IMG/VR virus record: IMGVR_UViG_3300035520_001860
Coordinates: 1 to 64,000 of that record
Source: a virus
Lineage: Duplodnaviria > Caudoviricetes
Direction: 5' to 3' (one strand)
DNA length: 64,000 nucleotides
Below the pieces are notes generated by a model, which was not told the DNA's origin, searched no databases, and worked only from the letters and a program-made list of their open reading frames with translations. Every line of letters starts with the position of its first letter. Position 1 is the stretch's first letter. The translations under genes were made by a program, and so were the position numbers. Shown piece by piece: positions 18,028 to 27,075 of this stretch.

Positions 18028-18642
18028 GTGAGCACATTCAAAGTTCAAGCAATCAACAGACACAGATTTAGTACAGATGGAAAAGGAGTTACAACATTAG
18101 TAGGTTTAGCAGGATGTCCATTAGATTGTAAATACTGCATAAACAAAAAGATATTACACAATGGTAAAATAAAAGAGATGACACCAGAAGAATTGTTAAG
18201 TAAAGTAATAATTGATTATTGTTACTTTTATGCAACAGGTGGAGGCATTACATTTGGTGGTGGAGAACCACTATTACAAAGTGAACAAATATTAGAGTTT
18301 ATTAACATTCTACCAACTAACATAGCAGTAAATATTGAAACATCATTAAACATTGAAAACAGCAGTGAAATAGAGAATCTAATAAATAAGATAGATCATT
18401 TATACATTGACATAAAAACAACAAACACAGAAGTTTATAAAGCATATACAGGAAAAAATAATGAAAACACACAAAATTTACTAAATTACATAGTAAAAGA
18501 AAACTTACAAACCAAGTGTACAATAAGAATACCAAGTATTCCAAATTACACAACAAAATCAGATATAGAAGAATCTATAAAGATAATTAAGCAACTAGGA
18601 TTTCAAGATATAGATACATTTGAATACATAATTAAAGATTGA
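18028..18642 (+). CDS. Radical SAM protein, glycyl-radical activating enzyme (PflA/NrdG)-like
   Basis: DGKG...GCPLDCKYC (CxxxCxxC), GGITFGGGEPLLQ, IETS, DIK. Confidence 0.88.
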   Translation: MSTFKVQAINRHRFSTDGKGVTTLVGLAGCPLDCKYCINKKILHNGKIKEMTPEELLSKVIIDYCYFYATGGGITFGGGEPLLQSEQILEFINILPTNIAVNIETSLNIENSSEIENLINKIDHLYIDIKTTNTEVYKAYTGKNNENTQNLLNYIVKENLQTKCTIRIPSIPNYTTKSDIEESIKIIKQLGFQDIDTFEYIIKD

Positions 18643-18694
18643 AAAATGTCAGTTTAATATATTAGGAAATATTTAATTATATAGGAGAAATAAA

Positions 18695-20119
18695 ATGGCA
18701 GACGAAGTAGGAAAGAGCTGGTACACGAAATATAGACCAGTTACATTAGCTGAATACTCAGGAGATAGAATAAAAGAAATAGTAGATAAACGTTTTAAAA
18801 AAAGAGATAGCATGCCACATGTTGTAGGTTTATTTGGAAGCAGGGGGTGTGGCAAGACAACTCTAGCAAGAATCATTTCAAAATATTATTTATGTCTAAA
18901 TCCACATGAAGATGGCACTCCATGTGAGGAATGTGAAGCATGTAAGGAAGTAAATGAAGTGCTAATTGCAGGCAATAGTACAGAAGTAGAATGTACTGGA
19001 GTTACAGAATTAGATGCTACAATCATGCGAGGAGTTAATGAAGTAGAGGCAGTATTAGAAGATGCTATACAGGCACCAATATACAGTCAGTATAAAATAC
19101 TAATCATAGATGAAGTTCATATGCTTAGTAATTCTGCACAGAACAGTCTACTTAAAACAATAGAGGAGCCACCTAGTCACTTAATCATTATATTTTGTAC
19201 AACTAACCCTGAGAAAGTGTTACAGACAGTTAAATCTCGTATACAGCTTACTATTGAAGTAAGAAAGCAATCAGTCCAAGACATGACAAATCGTCTAATG
19301 CAGATATCAGAAATGGAGAAACTTACTGTAAATAAAGCTGCTCTTGAGATATTGGCACGAAAGGGAAACAGAGTACCAAGAGAGTGTATTAACTTACTTG
19401 AAGGAGTTGCAAAGACATATGATGGTCAGATAACCATGGATAATGTAAAGGATTATCTTGGAGGTGTATCGAGTGATCTTTATATGGAATACTTTCAAGC
19501 AGCTAATAAATCATTAGCAGACATTCTAGTATTTATTAAGAAACTAAGAGATAACGACGTTAAGTTAAATGAGTTCGTCTCTGGTTTAATGCAGTTTGTG
19601 TTAGATAGTATGTATATAAAACATGGAATATCATTGGAAGATTATCCATTAGACTATATAAAGTCAGTAAAAGAATTGTTTGATATGTATACTAGCAATG
19701 ATTTTGATATGCTATTACAGATAATTGAATACTTATCAAATCAATTAACACAAGAAGACAATGCAAAAAATGAAGTATTACTTACAACAACTGCTATGAG
19801 AATTAGCAAAGTTAATTTGTTAGCAAATGGTTTAGCTAATGAACAGAATCAGGCAATTGCAGAGAATAAAATTTCACTTTATGAGCATAGTAAACAATTA
19901 AAGGTAGATAATGAGTCAGTTGCAGAACAGATGAAAACAGATATTACTCCAGCAGAGATAAAAGATTCATTTGGTGATATTAGACAGGTAGTGAATACAG
20001 CAGGTTTATTAGATAATATACAATTACCAGAGCTAGAACAGCCAGTGACATCTGAAGCAGACGAAAGAAATGAAATTTTACACCTTGGAAATGCTGTTGA
20101 TAGCTTTTTTGATAATTAA
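18695..20119 (+). CDS. dnaX: DNA polymerase III gamma/tau clamp-loader subunit
   Basis: KYRP, Walker A GSRGCGKTT, zinc motif C...CEECEAC, Walker B IIDEVHML, LLKTIEEPP, and SR sensor. Confidence 0.92.
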   Translation: MADEVGKSWYTKYRPVTLAEYSGDRIKEIVDKRFKKRDSMPHVVGLFGSRGCGKTTLARIISKYYLCLNPHEDGTPCEECEACKEVNEVLIAGNSTEVECTGVTELDATIMRGVNEVEAVLEDAIQAPIYSQYKILIIDEVHMLSNSAQNSLLKTIEEPPSHLIIIFCTTNPEKVLQTVKSRIQLTIEVRKQSVQDMTNRLMQISEMEKLTVNKAALEILARKGNRVPRECINLLEGVAKTYDGQITMDNVKDYLGGVSSDLYMEYFQAANKSLADILVFIKKLRDNDVKLNEFVSGLMQFVLDSMYIKHGISLEDYPLDYIKSVKELFDMYTSNDFDMLLQIIEYLSNQLTQEDNAKNEVLLTTTAMRISKVNLLANGLANEQNQAIAENKISLYEHSKQLKVDNESVAEQMKTDITPAEIKDSFGDIRQVVNTAGLLDNIQLPELEQPVTSEADERNEILHLGNAVDSFFDN

Positions 20120-20238
20120 ATAACACTTGATTTTAAAAGACTAGTTAGCAGATTGAAATAACTAAAAACGAACTAGTTGATAGATGAGTATGTACCTAGA
20201 TTTTTAAAATTTAATAACATAAGGATATGACTAGTTAG

Positions 20239-20282
20239 AAAAAATGGCTACACTATATACTATATAGGGTAGTCATTTTTTT
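20239..20282. terminator. Long inverted repeat, probable bidirectional terminator
   Basis: AAAAAATGGCTAC-A-CTATATA / TATATAG-G-GTAGTCATTTTTT. Confidence 0.65.
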
Positions 20283-20344
20283 ATGCGTTAAAAACAATTT
20301 TGGTTAAATAAAATTTTTATTAAATAAATTAGGAGGAAATCTTT

Positions 20345-21184
20345 ATGAAAAAGGTATTAATGACATTATTAACATGTGCAATGCTATTAACAATACCTGT
20401 GACATCTGTGAGTGCAGGATCACTCGATAACTTAATCAGTGGTTCAGAAACTACAACTGATTCAAGTGCAAGTGATAATTCTAACTCAAGTTCCAGTTCT
20501 TCATCTTCACAAGCATCAAGTAGCTATGTATCTGCTGATGAGTATATAGCAGACCTGCAGTCTGCAACTGATTTATCAAGTGTTGATGTAGCTGGCGCAG
20601 ATAAAGTTAATGAAGGAATAAAGAAAGTAGCAGCTTTCATTATAAGAATAATATCCTATGCATTAACAGCATTTTTAGTAGTAAGAGTACTGTTAGATTT
20701 ACTTTACATTGCAATTCCTTTTACAAGATCATTCTTGTCTAACGGCTATGCAGGAAACGCAGCAGCTGGCGGTGGTGGAATGGGACCACAAGGCGGCATG
20801 GGCATGGGAGGCATGGGCGGAATGTCCGGTGGCTTCGGTGGCATGGGCGGCATGGGAATGAACAGAGGTTACGGCATGCATGGTGGTATGGGAGGCATGG
20901 GAGGCAGCATGGGAATGCAGAGCCAAGCAGGTGCTAGTCCAGCTATGGGTCGTACACAATGGGTATCTTCAGCAGCACTAAATGCAGTAGCAGCTGAATC
21001 TCAGCCTGGTCCAGATGGAAAACCACAGAGTGCACTTAAGTACTATGCAAAAGACATGGCAGTTACACTTGTACTTGTACCTATTCTTTTAACATTAGCA
21101 ATTACTGGAGCACTTTCAGATTTAGGATTCTTACTTGGTGATGTTATTGCAAAAGGTATTGCTAGCATAGGGTCAATGATTTAG
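20345..21184 (+). CDS. Exported membrane protein with Gly-Met-rich loop (two-TM paralog family member 1)
   Basis: Sec signal peptide (VSA), Ser-rich linker, TM with DLLYIAIP, GGMGGM repeats and a second TM. Confidence 0.75.
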   Translation: MKKVLMTLLTCAMLLTIPVTSVSAGSLDNLISGSETTTDSSASDNSNSSSSSSSSQASSSYVSADEYIADLQSATDLSSVDVAGADKVNEGIKKVAAFIIRIISYALTAFLVVRVLLDLLYIAIPFTRSFLSNGYAGNAAAGGGGMGPQGGMGMGGMGGMSGGFGGMGGMGMNRGYGMHGGMGGMGGSMGMQSQAGASPAMGRTQWVSSAALNAVAAESQPGPDGKPQSALKYYAKDMAVTLVLVPILLTLAITGALSDLGFLLGDVIAKGIASIGSMI

Positions 21185-21211
21185 GGATATGAAAGTAACA
21201 GGAGAGCTTAA

Positions 21212-21523
21212 ATGAGTAGAACAAGCGACGTTTTAAAAAATAAAAACAAGGTAGAAAAAGCTAGAAAAGCTCGAAGAAAAAATGAGATAAATAGCTTAAG
21301 AGATAGTTCAGCATTTAAGGCAAAGCTATATGACGAGTTAAAACATATAGAAATAATATTCGAAGATGAACATGTGGATGCTGTTAAAATAGCAGTACCA
21401 GACAGGTCATTAGCACAGTTTAATGCAGCAATATACTCAGAAGATTTGGCTGGGTATGATATACAACAGGTAGCAGACCAGCCAAATGTATTCTACATAA
21501 GAAGAAGGTATATATCTTTCTAG
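21212..21523 (+). CDS. Hypothetical protein
   Basis: AGGAG RBS, basic N-terminal helix. Confidence 0.7.
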   Translation: MSRTSDVLKNKNKVEKARKARRKNEINSLRDSSAFKAKLYDELKHIEIIFEDEHVDAVKIAVPDRSLAQFNAAIYSEDLAGYDIQQVADQPNVFYIRRRYISF

Positions 21524-21563
21524 TCAATTAGATAGGAAAAATAATTTAGGAGGAAAAACATAA

Positions 21564-21968
21564 ATGAATGGAATCAGCATACAGGAAAGATATGATGACA
21601 TATCAGAAATATCAGGTTTATCTGAAGATATAATTAGGCGAGTACTAAAAGCATCCAGACAAAGTATGGTAAAGTCACTTAAAAAAGGTGAAAGAGCAAC
21701 ACTACCTGGTATAGTAACTGTGACTCCAGAACTGAAACACAGATATAAGATAGGTTTAGAGACAGAATTAGAAGAGTACATTAAACTTAAAGCAAGTCCT
21801 TCACCAGCATTAGGTACTGAGATGGAAAAATTAAATCAGTTTGTTAATCCAGAAGATGAAAGTACTAGACTAGCAAAAGAAGAGGCTAACATGAGTAGAT
21901 TGAATATAGGTGGAAGATATAACAACCAGAATAGAATCATAACAACTCAGATAAATGCACTCTTGTAA
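21564..21968 (+). CDS. HU/IHF-family DNA-binding protein (divergent)
   Basis: ISEISGLSEDIIRRVL...SLKKGERATLPGIVTV resembles the HU consensus IA..SGLSK...LKKGE.V.L.GFG.F. Confidence 0.7.
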   Translation: MNGISIQERYDDISEISGLSEDIIRRVLKASRQSMVKSLKKGERATLPGIVTVTPELKHRYKIGLETELEEYIKLKASPSPALGTEMEKLNQFVNPEDESTRLAKEEANMSRLNIGGRYNNQNRIITTQINALL

Positions 21969-21985
21969 TGTGGAGGTGCTTTTAA

Positions 21986-22597
21986 ATGACAGGACCTACA
22001 CATAAGCAATATTCAATTTGTTTCGCTTGCTTAACTATGATGTTGTTTTATAAGTTAGGTATAACAGAAATAAATTACTACTTAGCACTTATAATAGTGT
22101 TAATGACATCTAAAGTTGGAGCACTGTTTCCAGATTTAGATCATGACTGGCATAATATAGGTAACAAGACAGTGCCAAACAAAATAATAAACGTACTAAT
22201 TCATGCAACTGGGGGTAAGCATAGAAGTTGGCAAACACATAGTATTGATATATGTGCATGGTTCACAGTAGCAGCCTTCACTCTTCCTGGTTATTTAACA
22301 AATGAGGGTATCATTTCACAAGTAAACAGAGAAGTATTGAGCATATTATGGTTAGGGTTTGCATCTGGTTGGATAAGCCATTTGTTTAGTGATATGCTAA
22401 CAAGTGCAGGTGTTAGATTATTTTGTTTCATTAATAAGAAAATAAAACTTGTTCCGAAAAAGATAGGTAATTTATCATTTAACACTGGTCATGAATGGGA
22501 AGCATTCAATTACAAAGTAATAAAGATACTAAATATATTTTTAGGCATTATATGTCTAGCATATCCACTTATAATAGAGAGTGGGATATTAAACTAA
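21986..22597 (+). CDS. YdjM-like membrane-bound metal-dependent hydrolase
   Basis: MTGPTH, GALFPDLDH, HRSWQTHS and SHLFSDMLT..GV motifs. Confidence 0.85.
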   Translation: MTGPTHKQYSICFACLTMMLFYKLGITEINYYLALIIVLMTSKVGALFPDLDHDWHNIGNKTVPNKIINVLIHATGGKHRSWQTHSIDICAWFTVAAFTLPGYLTNEGIISQVNREVLSILWLGFASGWISHLFSDMLTSAGVRLFCFINKKIKLVPKKIGNLSFNTGHEWEAFNYKVIKILNIFLGIICLAYPLIIESGILN

Positions 22598-22630
22598 AAA
22601 ATTATTAACTCAATTTAAGGAGGTAACAAC

Positions 22631-23461
22631 ATGAAATCTATTAAATCAAAATTAGGTTTAATTATAGTAGCATTTTTAATTGCAGTATCAATGTTTACAA
22701 TGATCAATCCAGTCAAGGCTTACGCAGGAACATCAGCTCAAATTAAAGAAGTAATTGAGAAATATGCACCTGAAGCTAATAATAGTGACTATAGTGGTTG
22801 GCCTAGTAAACTTCAGCCATATTTTAGTACAGCTTATAACAAAGATGATGGATTTACTCAGGTAATAGAAGGTAAGATTAATGGTAATTCATACGAATAT
22901 TATTATAATCCAGATGAAGCATCAGCTATAATAGCAATAGCAGACGCATTAGATAAATCTACAGAAAAAACTGGCGAGGATATAGTGAATGACCTAGATG
23001 AGGTATATACACTCAAAGCCGATGTAAAATCAGCAGCTGGTGTGATGAATGGATTTACTAGCGTATTTCAAACATTCTTAGGATTTATAGTGACAATGCT
23101 AACAATAGGTATGACAGTATTTACAGCATTAGATCTTTGCTATATAGCATTTCCAGTATTTAGAGGAAAATGTGATGATGCAAAGGCAAATGGAACTAAG
23201 GGTGTAACCTCAACAGATAAAAAGACTGGTGCAACAAAGCTTACAATAATTTCTGAGGATGCACAGTTCTCTGTAGTATCAGCAGATATGGTAAATACAG
23301 GTAAAAGTCCATTTGTTATTTATTTCCAGAAGAGAGTAATATCATTCATTGTATTAGCAGTACTGATCTTTATATTATTAACTGGAAACATCAACATAAT
23401 TACAAACATTGGTGTTAAACTAGCATCCGGTATACTTGAGGTAATAAATAACACATTCTAA
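22631..23461 (+). CDS. Exported membrane protein (two-TM paralog family member 2)
   Basis: Signal peptide (AYA), DLCYIAFP TM and C-terminal YFQKR...LTG TM. Confidence 0.75.
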   Translation: MKSIKSKLGLIIVAFLIAVSMFTMINPVKAYAGTSAQIKEVIEKYAPEANNSDYSGWPSKLQPYFSTAYNKDDGFTQVIEGKINGNSYEYYYNPDEASAIIAIADALDKSTEKTGEDIVNDLDEVYTLKADVKSAAGVMNGFTSVFQTFLGFIVTMLTIGMTVFTALDLCYIAFPVFRGKCDDAKANGTKGVTSTDKKTGATKLTIISEDAQFSVVSADMVNTGKSPFVIYFQKRVISFIVLAVLIFILLTGNINIITNIGVKLASGILEVINNTF

Positions 23462-23488
23462 AAAAAGAACCAGGACAGGTGATACATC

Positions 23489-23998
23489 ATGAATACATAT
23501 TGGTTTGTAGTCATGACTGTAAACAAGATAACAAAAGAATTAAACGATAAGTTATCAGCTGACAGTGATATAGACTACATAGAACTAAAAGAATCATCAA
23601 GCATAATATCTAGAATAGGGAGCATGATATTAGGATTATTATCCTACATAATATTAATATTGTTTCCAATAATAGTAGGACTAGAGCTAATATACATATG
23701 TCTACCAACAATAAGAGATATGGAAGATGCTGCATTGATAAAACTAGAGTCTAAGGGTGTTGATAAAAGAATACTTGGAGTAGCATTTAGAGATGCAAAG
23801 AATGCAATAAAACAAGTTTACTGTAATAGTGAACTTATAGGTAGCACAAACGATATACTGTGGGCATACTTTAAAATAAAGATAAAGTCAATAATATTTG
23901 TATTCTTTGTACTTTCATTTGTAATTCAAGGCTGGTCAAAAATAGTAGATGTAGTGTGGAGTTATGTAGGTAATATTGTAGAAGCTATATTTGGCTGA
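23489..23998 (+). CDS. Membrane protein (two-TM paralog family member 3)
   Basis: ELIYICLP TM and YFKIK...QG TM; no signal peptide. Confidence 0.7.
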   Translation: MNTYWFVVMTVNKITKELNDKLSADSDIDYIELKESSSIISRIGSMILGLLSYIILILFPIIVGLELIYICLPTIRDMEDAALIKLESKGVDKRILGVAFRDAKNAIKQVYCNSELIGSTNDILWAYFKIKIKSIIFVFFVLSFVIQGWSKIVDVVWSYVGNIVEAIFG

Positions 23999-24004
23999 TG
24001 TAAT

Positions 24005-24043
24005 AATGGCTGTTCAACATACAAAGTGTGATGAACAGCCATT
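24005..24043. terminator. Intergenic 12-bp perfect inverted repeat (terminator, attenuator or processing stem)
   Basis: AATGGCTGTTCA / TGAACAGCCATT; short T-tail. Confidence 0.6.
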
Positions 24044-24060
24044 TCGTTTAGGAGGCAAAC

Positions 24061-27054
24061 ATGAAAAGAAAATTAAAAACATTAATATTCTTAATAGCAA
24101 TGGTGATTGGAACATTATCAGTATCTGGATGTAGCAGTCCACTTACTGATTACATTATTTCAACATATCCACAGGCAGTAAGAGACAGAGAGCAAGCAAA
24201 TATAGATATAGCAACTAAACTTAGAAGTAAAGGGTTAATATCTGAACTTACTTATAATAACATAGTATCAAATATAGAACAAGCTACTAAAGATATATTA
24301 ACAGGTATTAGTGAAAAAACCACTGCAGATGGGAGTTCTGCAGCATCAGCTACAGCATCAAATTTTGCAAAGGTTGTATCTAACGTTAAATTATACATGC
24401 CTGACTATGTAGACATATTAGAGGAGCAGGATGATGGTACATATAAGTCTGTAAAAACATATACAAAAGGTACAGACTACCATAAGAGTATAGAAGAAGC
24501 TGATGGTGATTCATGTAATTTTCCAGAGGCTAACTCCAAATATAATTTTTATTATCTAAGTGACTCAGACGCTAATGACTATGTAACAATGTCTTCTTTT
24601 TTACTTGGAAACTACATATACGGTGATCAGCAGGGTCATCACCAAAAATGGTACACTACACAAAAAGGAGTAGACAATGGTAATTATAATAACACTACCG
24701 AGCACTGGTGTAAAAAATGTGGTACTGGTAACTGGCATAAATCAAACGAATGGCTAGAAACAGACACTGTAGATACAATAGATTTCTTTTCAAGTTGCAG
24801 TGAAAGCCTAACAGAAGAATTAAACAGCATGCTTGACCTAAATATATATGTACTAAACCCAACAAGCATTTTAAACAGTGGTAAATCAATAGATGAAGTG
24901 CTGGAAGACATATATGAAGCTAGACAAAGTGAAAATGAAGATGCTATAGAAAGCTTAATAAGTAAGTACTTTATAGATACAGGCAAGTCACTAACTGGTG
25001 AAATGTTATCAGTTGCAGATGGAGAAGACAGCACAAGAGATAGCAGTTCATTATGTATAATAGGAGATAGTACCTTCAATGAAAATGGTGGTGGACCAGG
25101 AAATGACTTGATAATAACACAGTCAATATGGACTGGTACACATACTGATGCTACGATGACAGACCTAGAAGTTGCAGCAGTAAGATTTCACGAATTTAAC
25201 GAAGAAGTAATAAATGAGATTCTTGACTTGGTAGAAGCTAATGACGGTACATATTATTTTGGAGCAAGTGGAGCATATTTATTAGAATACCCTGTATCAA
25301 TAATAGACACATTTGAATCAGATGCAAATGATCCTACTACAATCTATGGAAACTTAACAACAGATTCAGGTATAGGCATAAATATAGGTACAGGTTCAAT
25401 AGTGTATTATACTAAAAATAATGATGGAACATACTCACGTACAGGAAAGACTATTGAAAATGGAGACGGATACTTAACAACATCATTTACAACCAGTGAT
25501 ACTGAGGGTAAATCATCATTTGCACTAGGCGGAATGACCAAATATAAGCTAAGATTTTCAAATGGGCAGACATATACAACATATATACCACAAATAGTAT
25601 TAAGAGACTATTTGGAAGCCACATGGTCACCTGGTGTTATAGATGATGAAACACTAGTTGTTTATGGTAGAAAGATAAGATTTCAAACTGGAAGTACCTT
25701 TTGGGCAAACGACGAGTATCTAGATACTATTAATAATAAAGACATATACAGTTATAAATTGAAGTATAGTACATCTGGAAGTGACTATTGTGCATACTTT
25801 GTAGATGTAGACGGAAATACAGTAAGTACATCCAGTTATTTGTACATTTATGATATATGCGATATTACTAGTTTGGTTGACACTACACCTACTACCATAA
25901 CTTATGCAAGATATAATTCAAGTGCAAGTAATAAAACAAATATCGCAAACACGGTAGTAAGAGTAAAATACATGTCAGATTTTACTGGTAGCCAGATGGC
26001 TAATCAAGAATTATGGCTAAAGAGTGTGCTGCCAGATGACTGGGTGACAACTTTAAAAAATAATACAGGTGGGTGGAGATTAAATGATGGAGAAACAATT
26101 AGTGACTATGGGTACTGGAATACAATAATTTATTATCTAGAAGCTTGGATGAATGGAAAACATGCATCTACAAGTGATGCAGTCACAGGTGCAGAAGCAG
26201 GTTCTGGATCAGCATCTGGATGGGCAAAGTATTCAGTAACACACTTCCCAGAAGCAGCTATGACAGCACAAGAGACAGTTAAGGAATGCACAGCTGAAAA
26301 CAGCGACACACAGCCAAAACAAGATACACTAAGAGAATGTACAAAAGTTAATAAGATTAATGCAACATTGAAATTTCCTGGTGAATACATAGGAAAAATA
26401 GATATAGATAATGATGCATCTACAATAGAGCAATTCTACTGTGTAGCAACAACAAAAGGGTTGTTTGACTCAAATCTGTTTAGTAGTTGGATAAATAGTT
26501 CTACATCAAAAGAATCATTAGTATGGTGGAATAGCTATTTAGCAGAAAAAAGTTACAAATATACAATTGATATGGACGGATTGGAAGATTATCTTGAAAC
26601 AACATATAGCTATGAATTAAGTCAGACAGGTGCCATAATACTTGATTTGACAACAGTAGCAAAAATTCAAGAAATATTTGATAAAGACAGTGATGAAGAA
26701 AGAGCATCCAAACTTAAAACACTATTCATAGTTATAGGTATACTTTTAATAGCTTATTCAATGGCAATTATGCTTTGCTGGATAGTAGATACTCATATAG
26801 ATTTAGGATTTTCAGTATTAAATAAAGCAACATTTGGGCATTGGATAGCAGTAACATCTGAAGATGATATACCATCATATAGAACTGGTGAGCATACCTA
26901 TGTAACAGGCTCAAAAATGTTTATTAGATGTTTAATAATTATTGCTGTTGCAATAGTTTTAATCAGAGTAAATATACTTCAGATAGTATCTATGTTGATA
27001 ACCACATTTGGAAAAATAGGTGGATACATAGAAGGAGTAATGAGAGGCAGATAA
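24061..27054 (+). CDS. Large lipoprotein with C-terminal TM helices (conjugation cluster)
   Basis: Lipobox VSGC, about 860-aa extracellular region and two C-terminal TMs. Confidence 0.75.
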   Translation: MKRKLKTLIFLIAMVIGTLSVSGCSSPLTDYIISTYPQAVRDREQANIDIATKLRSKGLISELTYNNIVSNIEQATKDILTGISEKTTADGSSAASATASNFAKVVSNVKLYMPDYVDILEEQDDGTYKSVKTYTKGTDYHKSIEEADGDSCNFPEANSKYNFYYLSDSDANDYVTMSSFLLGNYIYGDQQGHHQKWYTTQKGVDNGNYNNTTEHWCKKCGTGNWHKSNEWLETDTVDTIDFFSSCSESLTEELNSMLDLNIYVLNPTSILNSGKSIDEVLEDIYEARQSENEDAIESLISKYFIDTGKSLTGEMLSVADGEDSTRDSSSLCIIGDSTFNENGGGPGNDLIITQSIWTGTHTDATMTDLEVAAVRFHEFNEEVINEILDLVEANDGTYYFGASGAYLLEYPVSIIDTFESDANDPTTIYGNLTTDSGIGINIGTGSIVYYTKNNDGTYSRTGKTIENGDGYLTTSFTTSDTEGKSSFALGGMTKYKLRFSNGQTYTTYIPQIVLRDYLEATWSPGVIDDETLVVYGRKIRFQTGSTFWANDEYLDTINNKDIYSYKLKYSTSGSDYCAYFVDVDGNTVSTSSYLYIYDICDITSLVDTTPTTITYARYNSSASNKTNIANTVVRVKYMSDFTGSQMANQELWLKSVLPDDWVTTLKNNTGGWRLNDGETISDYGYWNTIIYYLEAWMNGKHASTSDAVTGAEAGSGSASGWAKYSVTHFPEAAMTAQETVKECTAENSDTQPKQDTLRECTKVNKINATLKFPGEYIGKIDIDNDASTIEQFYCVATTKGLFDSNLFSSWINSSTSKESLVWWNSYLAEKSYKYTIDMDGLEDYLETTYSYELSQTGAIILDLTTVAKIQEIFDKDSDEERASKLKTLFIVIGILLIAYSMAIMLCWIVDTHIDLGFSVLNKATFGHWIAVTSEDDIPSYRTGEHTYVTGSKMFIRCLIIIAVAIVLIRVNILQIVSMLITTFGKIGGYIEGVMRGR

Positions 27055-27075
27055 AGGAAAGGCGGATAAGTAAGT

